This document shows, piece after piece, positions 16,793-25,573 of a stretch of 64,000 bases of DNA. The notes beneath the pieces were generated by a model. It searched no databases, was not told where the DNA came from, and saw only the letters and a program-made list of their open reading frames with translations. The position numbers and the translations under genes were made by a program. Each line of letters begins with the position of its first letter. Position 1 is the stretch's first letter. Source of the stretch: Parabacteroides distasonis. GTDB taxonomy: Bacteria > Bacillota_I > Bacilli_A > Acholeplasmatales > Anaeroplasmataceae. The stretch is taken from contig CAVFNL010000041.1 in NCBI GenBank assembly GCA_963623875.1, forward strand, positions 14,205 to 78,204. Direction: 5' to 3'.

Positions 16793-19183
16793 ATGAATTT
16801 CAAAAAAGTTTTATCAATTGCCAGTGTCGCAAGCGTGGCAGTTGTCGGTTTAGCTTCTTGCGGAAAGGATAAGTATAATGCTGGAGCATTATCTAACCTA
16901 GATAAGTCTACATATACAGGAAAGATTGTTGCAGCTGTAAACTATAATAACTTAGGTTATATGACTTATGGACGTGGAAACACATCTAAGGTTAACTGGG
17001 TTGCAAATTATACTACAGTTGATGGTCGTACATTGGTTGAAAAGGAAACATTAACTCCTATTTGGCAAGATATTGCTGCAAATATGAATTGTACTCTAGT
17101 TGATGGTTCTCCTACAGGAGATAATACTGAAACAGTAATGAAGAACCTTATTACTGCTGGATACAAAGGATTAAATAAGAATAATGTTCAATTACTTCAA
17201 ATTACTACAGGTGATTCATTCACAAATGCTGTAGATCAAGGTGATTTCCTTAATTTAAATGACTATCTTGATTTTATGCCAAACCTAAAATCATGGTTAA
17301 AAGAGCATACAGTTATTCAAAACCAATTAACATTATTTGGTGGTACAACAAAAGAAGGTATTTACTATACTCCATATTTTGATGGACTAGATCAACAAGA
17401 ATTAGCATTCAATATGAATATTGATATTGTTCGTGCTTTACTAGATGAAAATCCTACTAATGATAAGTACGATGATAATGGATCAAATAAAGTAAACGAG
17501 TATGTACATGGTGCTTATGATGAGACTGCTGCTACAAACTTTGTTTCAGATTTTAAATATACTACACCATACATTAAGTCTATGGATTCTGATATAGCAA
17601 TCGGATCAGAAAAAGGTGCTAAGATTCATGTTACTATTAAAGAAGGACAAGACATTATCACAAGAATGTCTAACTTAACTACTAAGAATGGTAAAACATT
17701 AGTTGAATGTTTTAAACAATATATTGATGATGTTTATGGTGAATATATTGGAGAAGGTAAAACATATAAAAACCGTTCAGAATTATTCACTTCTGTTGCA
17801 TCAGCATACAATGCAGATGAATTAATTGCTTTACTTCGTTGTGTAAAGGCTAATCCAGCATATTTAACTGGTAATGCACAAGCTGAAATGACTCCATTCT
17901 TCCCAAGAACTGGTGAAAGAAACCGTGTTACAGCATATTACGATATTGCTCAAATTTGGGGTCTACGTGGTACAGGACGTGGAGAATATGAAAAAACATG
18001 GTTAAATAGCGAAGGTAAAGTCGTTGATGGTAAGACTCAAGATTATAACCTTTACTGCTTAAATTTATGCCGTCAACTACAAGAAGAGAAATTGTTTGCT
18101 ACAACAACAAACTGGTATCAAGATGGTACTAAGGCTTCTTCAGATTGGCGTCAAAATGTAATGACTCAAGGAACAGCGTTTATGTGCTACGATTATACAA
18201 ACGTTGCAGCTTACAACTCTGATAAAAACCAAGGAATTTCTCCTTCAGAAGGTGCTGAGAAACGTAATGTTTGTGCAAATATGCAAGCAGTATTATCTCC
18301 ATATGCTAAGTGGGCATTCAATACAACAGATGGAACATTAACTACAGATACAACTAAACAAATTGTTGGAGCAGATTCATCTAATAAATTCTCTTATACA
18401 AGATTTACAGAGGATGACCGTTCATTAAAGAATGGGGGTTGGTCTATCGTTAAGAAGAATATATCTAACGAAGAACAATTAAAGAAATGTCTTGAAATTA
18501 TGGATTATCTATATTCAGCTGAAGGATCAGTTCTAGAGTGCTTTGGATACAATGATAAAGCAAGTGATACTACTAAAGCTCTTGGATGGAAAAAAGGTTC
18601 TGATGGAAAATACATTCAACAAGATGAGGATGGAAATTATTATGTAAATCTATCTGATAATTTTAAAAAGGAGCAAGTTGCAAGAACTGCTGGTACTTGG
18701 CATAATTATATGACAATGTTCTGGGGATCATGCCTAGGAGTAGGTAATATCAGATCTAACTATCTAGAGTCACAATTAACAGGTCAAAAACAACAAGTTG
18801 GAACTGAAAAATTAGGTGCTGCTATGGGTAATGGTGCATTATATCTTGCTAAGACTTCAGGAAAGAACTTCTTATCTGTTGTTCCAACAACATGTTCATT
18901 AGGACAAACTGAATCTGATTCAATTACTACTAACTGTAAAGATTTAACTAAATTCTGGTCTGCTGATAAGGCTGGAGATGGTGGATGGTCTTCTCAATAT
19001 CTAACTGTAATTTACGGTGGATGGTCATCAAATACTTCTGGTTTAACTTCTGCAAGTGCAGTTAAAGCTAAATTTGAAGCTTCTAATAGTACTTATTTAA
19101 GATACGTATCAGCTGCATGGAATAAAAATTATGATTCAGCAGATCAATATGCATTCTTAGGATTGGATTATAAATTAAGCTAA
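16793..19183 (+). CDS. extracellular solute-binding lipoprotein (LplA-like), unusually long (796 aa)
   Basis: ATG 16793 gives MNFKKVLSIASVASVAVVGLASCGK (lipobox LASC). The TPIWQDIAANMNCTL and YYTPYFDG segments resemble LplA-type binding proteins. Confidence 0.8.
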   Translation: MNFKKVLSIASVASVAVVGLASCGKDKYNAGALSNLDKSTYTGKIVAAVNYNNLGYMTYGRGNTSKVNWVANYTTVDGRTLVEKETLTPIWQDIAANMNCTLVDGSPTGDNTETVMKNLITAGYKGLNKNNVQLLQITTGDSFTNAVDQGDFLNLNDYLDFMPNLKSWLKEHTVIQNQLTLFGGTTKEGIYYTPYFDGLDQQELAFNMNIDIVRALLDENPTNDKYDDNGSNKVNEYVHGAYDETAATNFVSDFKYTTPYIKSMDSDIAIGSEKGAKIHVTIKEGQDIITRMSNLTTKNGKTLVECFKQYIDDVYGEYIGEGKTYKNRSELFTSVASAYNADELIALLRCVKANPAYLTGNAQAEMTPFFPRTGERNRVTAYYDIAQIWGLRGTGRGEYEKTWLNSEGKVVDGKTQDYNLYCLNLCRQLQEEKLFATTTNWYQDGTKASSDWRQNVMTQGTAFMCYDYTNVAAYNSDKNQGISPSEGAEKRNVCANMQAVLSPYAKWAFNTTDGTLTTDTTKQIVGADSSNKFSYTRFTEDDRSLKNGGWSIVKKNISNEEQLKKCLEIMDYLYSAEGSVLECFGYNDKASDTTKALGWKKGSDGKYIQQDEDGNYYVNLSDNFKKEQVARTAGTWHNYMTMFWGSCLGVGNIRSNYLESQLTGQKQQVGTEKLGAAMGNGALYLAKTSGKNFLSVVPTTCSLGQTESDSITTNCKDLTKFWSADKAGDGGWSSQYLTVIYGGWSSNTSGLTSASAVKAKFEASNSTYLRYVSAAWNKNYDSADQYAFLGLDYKLS

Positions 19184-19215
19184 TTCAATCATTTATAAAT
19201 TTAATTATATATGCT

Positions 19216-19241
19216 ATTTCCGGGGCTTATGCCTCGGAAAT
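19216..19241 (+). other. GC-rich intra-operon stem-loop after the binding-protein gene
   Basis: ATTTCCGGGGC (19216-19226), loop TTAT, GCCTCGGAAAT (19231-19241): 11 bp with one G-U pair. A T6 run follows only about 10 nt later, so it may be a partial terminator or an mRNA stabiliser. Confidence 0.6.
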
Positions 19242-19269
19242 AACATACTTATTTTTTGGAGGTTATTAA

Positions 19270-19971
19270 ATGGAAAACCTAATTAATAATAAAAAAATAC
19301 AAAAAATAGTATTGTGGCTTTTTCTATTAGCTGGTGCTGCAATTGCTATTGCTAGTTTATTTTATGCGACTAATTTTACTTATTATTCAACTCAATTAGC
19401 TGATGGAGGAATTGGTACAGTTTTATTACAAGAAGAATCTAACTACCCTGAAATGTATCAAGCTTGGGTAAGTAATAAAGGTGCTATACTTAGCAATTAT
19501 AAAGATTTTGTAGATGCAATGAATTCAGCTAATACTTATTTACTTTATATTGGTGTTATCTCTATTGTTTTATTTGCAATTTTATGCATTTTTGGTAATA
19601 AATATAGAAAAAAATATTACTTAAGCAATTTATTAGCAGGTACTGTTATAAGTGGTGTTTGTATTGTGCTTGCGTTGGTTGCAGTAATTTTAAATATAAA
19701 AGTTATTGATTTATTCAATGACAATAAGAGTGTTTTAGAAGTTTTAGATAAATATTATGATACTTCAAATTCTTATGGTTTAAATTGTAATTATGTAACT
19801 GCAGCTAATGTTATATTAATTATTGCTATTATTATATTTGCTTTAAATTTGATTTATTGTGTAATAAAGTATGTATATACAGTAAAGGCAGATAAGATGA
19901 GTGTTGAATCATCGATTGAAGATACTACTTTAATTGATTCAACTCCAAATACTGAGGAGGCGAAGATTTAA
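19270..19971 (+). CDS. unknown 4-TM membrane protein (P1)
   Basis: GGAGG SD. Hydrophobic helices IVLWLFLLAGAAIAIASLFY, LLYIGVISIVLFAILCIF, LLAGTVISGVCIVLALVAVIL and VILIIAIIIFALNLIYCVI. No family recognised. Confidence 0.65.
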   Translation: MENLINNKKIQKIVLWLFLLAGAAIAIASLFYATNFTYYSTQLADGGIGTVLLQEESNYPEMYQAWVSNKGAILSNYKDFVDAMNSANTYLLYIGVISIVLFAILCIFGNKYRKKYYLSNLLAGTVISGVCIVLALVAVILNIKVIDLFNDNKSVLEVLDKYYDTSNSYGLNCNYVTAANVILIIAIIIFALNLIYCVIKYVYTVKADKMSVESSIEDTTLIDSTPNTEEAKI

Positions 19972-19972
19972 T

Positions 19973-20557
19973 ATGGCTAAAATAAAAACAATTGAAATTG
20001 TAGATATTGAAAATGTAAGAAACGAAAAATTAAGATATCAAAATAATACTTTAGCTTATTGGTTAGGTTTATTAGCATGTTTAGTTAGTATTTTTGCTGG
20101 TATTGTTGGATTAAATACTATGAAACCAAGTGCTCTAACTGTTGTTAAAATATTATTAAATGTAGTAATTCTATTAATAGGTTTTGCTTGCGCAGAAAAT
20201 ATTAAACATTATAGTAGTAAATCTTCATATGTATATTTTGTGTTTGCAGGAGTTTCACTACTTAGAATTTTATGGTATCCACTACAAATGATTAAATGGT
20301 GGAAGAAATATCAAGATACTGGTGATGTATTATATTTATCTAATCATTTCTCAAAACTTGTTTATGGAGATAAATCTTCGCTATCTAATGTCGATTCTGT
20401 AAGAGGATATTTACCTCAAAGTGGATATTTTAGAGGTATTCTAATGATTATTGTGTTAGTGGTTGCCGCTTTATTATTTGGTTTCTCTGGATATATTGGT
20501 TTACAAAAAACTAATAAATTAAAGAGATATTTAAAATCAATTAATGTAGAAGTTTAA
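19973..20557 (+). CDS. unknown 4-TM membrane protein (P2)
   Basis: GAGGAGG SD then ATG 19973, 1 nt after the P1 stop. MAKIKTIEIVD..., with four hydrophobic helices. No family recognised. Confidence 0.65.
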   Translation: MAKIKTIEIVDIENVRNEKLRYQNNTLAYWLGLLACLVSIFAGIVGLNTMKPSALTVVKILLNVVILLIGFACAENIKHYSSKSSYVYFVFAGVSLLRILWYPLQMIKWWKKYQDTGDVLYLSNHFSKLVYGDKSSLSNVDSVRGYLPQSGYFRGILMIIVLVVAALLFGFSGYIGLQKTNKLKRYLKSINVEV

Positions 20558-20570
20558 TGGAGGTATATTT

Positions 20571-21737
20571 ATGGCTGCTGAAGTAATTTTAAATAATGTC
20601 AACAAAATATATCCTAATGGTGTTCAAGCTGTATTTGATTTCAACATTGAAATAGAGCATGGTGAATTTATAGTATTATGTGGACCTTCAGGATGTGGTA
20701 AATCTACTACTTTACGTATGATTGCTGGACTTGAAGATATATCTAATGGAGATTTAATTATAAACGGAAAAAGATGTAATGATGAGGCACCTCGTGATAG
20801 AGATATCGCTATGGTATTCCAAAACTATGCCTTATATCCTAATATGACTGTTTATCAAAATCTTGCATTTAGTTTAATGATTCGTAAATATGACACAGAT
20901 GAAATTCATGTAAGAGTAATGGAAGCTGCAGAAATTCTAGGACTTGTACCTTATTTAAATCGTTTACCTAAACAATTATCTGGAGGACAAAGACAAAGAG
21001 TTGCTGTAGGAAGATCTATCGTACGTCGTCCTGTATGTTATTTATTAGACGAACCTCTTTCAAACCTAGATGCTAAACTTCGTGGTTCGATGAGAAAGGA
21101 ATTATCACTTTTACATCATAAGTTAGGAACTACATTTATTTATGTAACACATGATCAAATTGAAGCTCTAACACTTGCTACAAGAATTGTAGTTATGTCT
21201 CAAGGTAGAGTTCAACAAATTGCTACTCCGAAGGAAATGTTCGATAACCCTGCCAACTTATTTGTTGCGACATTTATCGGAACACCTCCTATGAACTTAT
21301 TAAATGGTACTGTTACTTCTAATAAGACTATTGTATTAACAAATTCTGGAGTTGAATTAACTATTCCTGAAGATAAATTCGAACTATTAAAGAAGTTAGA
21401 TTATATTGATAAGGAAGTAGTATTAGCTATAAGACCTGAATATTTATATGTGGACAATGATTCTAAAAAACAATATGGAAATGTTGTGACTGCTGATGTT
21501 GAATATTCTGAGCAACTAGGTGCATATAATTTAATTTATGCATTACTAGGTACTGATTCAATTATTGCGAAAATTGATGATCGTGATGGTGTTTTTGAAG
21601 GACAATTTGATGTTTGCTTTGATATGAGTAATGCTCATTTCTATGATAAGGAAACAACTAATAGAATTGTTGATGAAGAAGCTGAGGCAATTAGACTTGC
21701 TTCATTAAACAAGAAAAATGAAGACGATGAGGATTAG
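20571..21737 (+). CDS. sugar ABC transporter ATP-binding protein (MsmX/MalK/UgpC type)
   Basis: Walker A GPSGCGKST, Q-loop, signature LSGGQRQRV, Walker B YLLDEPLSNLD, H-loop THDQ, and a C-terminal TOBE-like regulatory domain. Confidence 0.93.
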   Translation: MAAEVILNNVNKIYPNGVQAVFDFNIEIEHGEFIVLCGPSGCGKSTTLRMIAGLEDISNGDLIINGKRCNDEAPRDRDIAMVFQNYALYPNMTVYQNLAFSLMIRKYDTDEIHVRVMEAAEILGLVPYLNRLPKQLSGGQRQRVAVGRSIVRRPVCYLLDEPLSNLDAKLRGSMRKELSLLHHKLGTTFIYVTHDQIEALTLATRIVVMSQGRVQQIATPKEMFDNPANLFVATFIGTPPMNLLNGTVTSNKTIVLTNSGVELTIPEDKFELLKKLDYIDKEVVLAIRPEYLYVDNDSKKQYGNVVTADVEYSEQLGAYNLIYALLGTDSIIAKIDDRDGVFEGQFDVCFDMSNAHFYDKETTNRIVDEEAEAIRLASLNKKNEDDED

Positions 21738-21750
21738 GAGGTAAATTATT

Positions 21751-22365
21751 ATGGATGAAAAAATTGAAAATGTTCAAACAGAAAATGTTACTACTACTGA
21801 ACAAGCAATCGTAGCTGATGCTCCTCAAATGAGATTTGCTGATAGAGTTAAAGAAAAACAATCTACTATGAAACCAGGATTTGTAAAAGGAATGTATGTT
21901 TTCGTTACATTTATTGCAGTATGGTTTTTGGATTTTATTGATACATTTAAAAGAAATCCTTCAAAATTAGGTGCATATCTAATTGCATTACCAGGAATTT
22001 TCATTGGTTTCTTTATGAACCTAGAAATTGATACTGTGTATCCTTTAGATGTAAAAATTGCTCCTGTATGTATGTTTATTTTAGTAATTTGCGGATGCAT
22101 TAATATTTTTGAAGCATCAGGAATTATTAAATATAGAAATTTAAAGACAATTATAATTTCTGGAATTTTGTCTATAGTTATATTTGCAGCTGGATTAGCG
22201 TATATAATTGAAGTTATCAAGAAGACTGATGAAATTAGTGGCGATTTAACATCTACAAATATTAAGTCATTTATTACAGTTGGAATTTCAATGATTTGTG
22301 GTATAGTAGGTACTATAATTGCATTCATCTTTAGAGATAAAAACTATAAGAAGGATAAGTTCTAA
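21751..22365 (+). CDS. unknown 4-5-TM membrane protein (P3)
   Basis: AGGAGG SD. About 45-aa polar N-terminus, then hydrophobic helices. No family recognised. Confidence 0.65.
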   Translation: MDEKIENVQTENVTTTEQAIVADAPQMRFADRVKEKQSTMKPGFVKGMYVFVTFIAVWFLDFIDTFKRNPSKLGAYLIALPGIFIGFFMNLEIDTVYPLDVKIAPVCMFILVICGCINIFEASGIIKYRNLKTIIISGILSIVIFAAGLAYIIEVIKKTDEISGDLTSTNIKSFITVGISMICGIVGTIIAFIFRDKNYKKDKF

Positions 22366-22366
22366 A

Positions 22367-23008
22367 ATGACAAAAAAAGTAGAAAATTCTAATAATGCTT
22401 ATAAGCAAGACAAGCTAGGAAAAATCCCATCTTGGATTAAGGTTATTCTACTAAAATATTGGGTGGCTGGTGCCACCTTTTATTTTTTTGGAATGGGTGG
22501 ATATTTTCTTTGGGCAAATGGTAGAGATGATAATGCAATAACACTTTTATTATTCGCAGTTATCGGATTTGGTTATACTCTTTTCAAAGAATACATTGAA
22601 AAGCATGTGATAAGATTAATGCGAACTACTTCAGATGATACATACAGATATAACATGATTAATTTGCATGGGGCTAAATCATTTTTAGCACATTTAGTAT
22701 ATTGTTATTTCTTAACTCTTTTAATGATGATTATTACTGTAAATATGTTTACATATGAAAATATATGGGATGTAGGTTCAAATGGAATGGAACCATTTGG
22801 AGTTGCATTAATATATTTAGTTCTTGATGTGGTCTGTATTGTAATTAAAAATTTAATCATAGGTCTTGTAAAACATATCAAATACAAGAAACAGTTAAAA
22901 TTACAACAAAGTTTATTGAGTGAAGATGATGTTGTATTATATGGTGATGATAATTCTTTAAATAATGTTGATAATTTTCTTAATGATGAGGAAAATAAAG
23001 GAGAATAA
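22367..23008 (+). CDS. unknown 4-TM membrane protein (P4) with acidic C-terminal tail
   Basis: ATG 22367 lies 1 nt after the P3 stop, preceded by AAGAAGGA. MTKKVENSNN... with helices ILLKYWVAGATFYFFGMGGYFLW etc. The C-terminus is D/E/N-rich. Confidence 0.65.
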   Translation: MTKKVENSNNAYKQDKLGKIPSWIKVILLKYWVAGATFYFFGMGGYFLWANGRDDNAITLLLFAVIGFGYTLFKEYIEKHVIRLMRTTSDDTYRYNMINLHGAKSFLAHLVYCYFLTLLMMIITVNMFTYENIWDVGSNGMEPFGVALIYLVLDVVCIVIKNLIIGLVKHIKYKKQLKLQQSLLSEDDVVLYGDDNSLNNVDNFLNDEENKGE

Positions 23009-23010
23009 AA

Positions 23011-24567
23011 ATGGAATTTAAAGTTATTTTTGTTAGTTCAAGGAGTATTTCTATAGAACTAATTAATTCAGATGTTTATAATACAAAAAATGAATATGAA
23101 TTATATGTAGATGACACTCTATATACAAAAGGAATTAAGAATGTAATTTCGATTTTCAATCTTTTACCTAGCAAAACGTATGCTATTAAACTTGTCAGTG
23201 GTAATGAGGTTTATACTAAAAATATTAAAACCGAAGATGAATATGTTACTTTAAATGTTCTTGATTTTGGTGCGAAAAAAGATGGTATTTCTTTAAATAC
23301 TAACTTCATTCAAGCCGCAATCAATGCGTGTCCTGATGGTGGAAGAGTTTATTTACCTAAAGGTGATTATTTAACAGGACCATTATTCTTAAGAAGCAAT
23401 ATTACTATTGAACTTGCAAAAGGTGCACGTATATTAGGGGATACAAATAGAGCAAACTATCCAATACTTCCAGGTATGATTATGACTACTGATGAAAATT
23501 CAGAGTATAATTTAGGAACTTGGGAAGGTAATCCGCTAGATTGTTATGCATCACTTATTACTGGAATCAACATTTCTAATGTATCAATTATAGGAGAAGG
23601 TGTAATTGATGGTAATGCATCTAATGCTGATTGGTGGATTGATGTAAGAACTAAACGTGGATCATGGAGACCTAGAGGAGTATTTTTAAATAAGTGTAGT
23701 AATATTACGTTACAAGGAATTAAAGTATGTAATACACCATCATGGAATTTACATCCATATTTTTCAGATGATTTAAAATTTATTGATTTATTAGTTGAGA
23801 ATCCTAAAGATAGTCCTAACACTGATGGATGTGATCCTGAATCTTGTAAGAATGTTGATATTATAGGTGTTCATTTCTCTGTAGGTGATGATTGTATAGC
23901 TGTTAAATCAGGAAAGATTTATATGGGTAAGACATACAAAAAACCTTGTGAGAATTTAAATATTAGAAATTGTTCAATGAATTTTGGCCATGGTTCAGTT
24001 GTTCTTGGTTCAGAGATGAGTGGAGGACTTAAAAATATTAAGGTATCACAATGTTTATTTAATCAAACTGATAGAGGACTAAGAATAAAGACAAGAAGAG
24101 GAAGAGGTAAACAAGCTGTTATTGATGATATTACTTTTGAAAATATTATCATGGATGATGTATTAACTCCTCTTGTGATAAATATGTTCTATTTCTGCGA
24201 TCCTGATGGACATTCTTTATACGTTAGTAGTAAAGAAAAACTGCCAGTAGATGATAAAACACCATATCTTGGAAAGTTTATATTTAAAAATATCGATTGT
24301 AAGAATGTTAATGTTGCGGCAGGTACATTCTACGGACTTCCTGAACAACCTATAAAGGAAATTATAATTGATAATGTTAATTTCGAATACTCTGACAATC
24401 CAAAAGAAGGTGTTCCAGCAATGATGGATGGTCTTGGTGCTATGAAAGGTAAAGGACTTATATTTAATTATGTAAATAAAGTCAAATTAAATAAAGTCAA
24501 ATTTATTGGACTTAAGGATAAAGAAGTAGAAGAAATAGAAGTTGGACACATTGAATATAATAAATAG
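23011..24567 (+). CDS. glycoside hydrolase family 28 (exo-polygalacturonase-like) with N-terminal FN3-like domain, no signal peptide
   Basis: GH28 motifs NTDGCDP, GDDCIAVKSG, GHGSVVLGSE and RGLRIKTRRGRG. Parallel beta-helix repeat pattern. Confidence 0.88.
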   Translation: MEFKVIFVSSRSISIELINSDVYNTKNEYELYVDDTLYTKGIKNVISIFNLLPSKTYAIKLVSGNEVYTKNIKTEDEYVTLNVLDFGAKKDGISLNTNFIQAAINACPDGGRVYLPKGDYLTGPLFLRSNITIELAKGARILGDTNRANYPILPGMIMTTDENSEYNLGTWEGNPLDCYASLITGINISNVSIIGEGVIDGNASNADWWIDVRTKRGSWRPRGVFLNKCSNITLQGIKVCNTPSWNLHPYFSDDLKFIDLLVENPKDSPNTDGCDPESCKNVDIIGVHFSVGDDCIAVKSGKIYMGKTYKKPCENLNIRNCSMNFGHGSVVLGSEMSGGLKNIKVSQCLFNQTDRGLRIKTRRGRGKQAVIDDITFENIIMDDVLTPLVINMFYFCDPDGHSLYVSSKEKLPVDDKTPYLGKFIFKNIDCKNVNVAAGTFYGLPEQPIKEIIIDNVNFEYSDNPKEGVPAMMDGLGAMKGKGLIFNYVNKVKLNKVKFIGLKDKEVEEIEVGHIEYNK

Positions 24568-24592
24568 AGTGCATTAATTGCACTCTTTTTTT
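24566..24592 (+). terminator. rho-independent terminator
   Basis: AGAGTGCA (24566-24573) / TGCACTCT (24579-24586) stem then T6. Confidence 0.8.
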
Positions 24593-24705
24593 GCATTTTT
24601 TGAATTTAATACATAATATTTGAAAAAACGATTTATGATAAATAATAAATATTTTAAATTGATTCAAAAACTTGTATAATATTTCTTGTAATAAAGAATG
24701 CAATG

Positions 24706-24739
24706 GAGCACAAATGAATTTTTTGTGCTCTTTTCTTTT
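24706..24739 (+). terminator. second terminator-like hairpin in the GH28-rpiB spacer
   Basis: GAGCACAAA (24706-24714) / TTTGTGCTC (24722-24730) stem then TTTTCTTTT. Confidence 0.6.
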
Positions 24740-24832
24740 GAAAAAAATCAATTTAAAATGCTTTCATAATTGTTGAAAAAAAAGTATAAAAATAATATAA
24801 TAATGTTGATTGAGTTAAAGAGGTGTTTAGAT

Positions 24833-25264
24833 ATGAAAATTGCATTTGCATCTGATCATGGTGGTTTAAATTTAAAGAATTTTATTATTGATTATTGCAA
24901 AAAAATAGGTCATGAAATTGTGGATTTCGGAACATATACTCTAGATTCTTGTGATTATCCTGTGTTCGGTAAAAAAGCTGCTTTAGCTGTTGCGAATGGT
25001 GAATGTGATAGAGGTATCTTAGTGTGTTCTACAGGAATTGGTATGTCTATTGTTGCAAATAAAGTTAAAGGTGTTAGATGTGCACTTTTAACTGATGAAA
25101 ATAGTGCAAGACTTACAAGAGAACATAATGATACAAACTGTATGGCACTTGGTGAAAAAAATGTGTCATATGATCTTGCTATGCGTATTGTAAAGACTTG
25201 GCTAGAGACAGAATTTTCAAATGCTGAAAGACATCAAAGAAGAATAAATATGATTGAAGATTAA
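24833..25264 (+). CDS. rpiB: ribose-5-phosphate isomerase B (RpiB/LacAB family)
   Basis: AAGAGGTG SD then ATG 24833. MKIAFASDHGGLNLKNFII..., GILVCSTGIGMSIVANK, ARLTREHNDTNCMALG. Confidence 0.9.
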   Translation: MKIAFASDHGGLNLKNFIIDYCKKIGHEIVDFGTYTLDSCDYPVFGKKAALAVANGECDRGILVCSTGIGMSIVANKVKGVRCALLTDENSARLTREHNDTNCMALGEKNVSYDLAMRIVKTWLETEFSNAERHQRRINMIED

Positions 25265-25279
25265 TATATAGGATTAAAA

Positions 25280-25573
25280 ATGGAAGAAAAGAATAGGCAA
25301 GAAGAATTAGATGAAAATAAAAAAGATAATACTGCATCATCAGCAGTAAAGGCTTATGCTATATTTTCTCAAGGCATTTTCACAATGATTACTCTTGGAG
25401 TAATTGGATTTTATATAGGATATAAAATTGATAAAAAAAGTGCTTTACGGGGAATTTTAGCTGTAGTAGGTTGTCTTATAGGACTTGTATATTTTGTATG
25501 TCTTGTATATAAAAATCATTATTTTGATAATATACCTAAAAAGAAAGATGGTGATGATAATGAAAAACAATAA
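25280..25573 (+). CDS. AtpZ/AtpI-family small membrane protein (putative F0F1 accessory)
   Basis: Two hydrophobic helices (FTMITLGVIGFYIGYKID and ILAVVGCLIGLVYFVCLVY) immediately upstream of atpI. Confidence 0.6.
   Translation: MEEKNRQEELDENKKDNTASSAVKAYAIFSQGIFTMITLGVIGFYIGYKIDKKSALRGILAVVGCLIGLVYFVCLVYKNHYFDNIPKKKDGDDNEKQ

Noticed and set aside
21825-22328. 167-aa minus-strand ORF.
   Set aside because: It lies entirely antisense to a well-supported plus-strand membrane-protein gene inside a tightly coupled operon, has no SD, and has a low-complexity composition typical of a shadow ORF.
24512-24751. 79-aa minus-strand ORF in the GH28-rpiB spacer.
   Set aside because: It spans two terminator hairpins and the end of GH28 and has no SD. 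The region is better explained as regulatory or terminator sequence.
24698-24769. 23-codon plus-strand micro-ORF (MQWSTNEFFVLFSFEKNQFKMLS).
   Set aside because: No convincing SD and nothing to indicate conservation. It is mentioned only as part of the hairpin observation.
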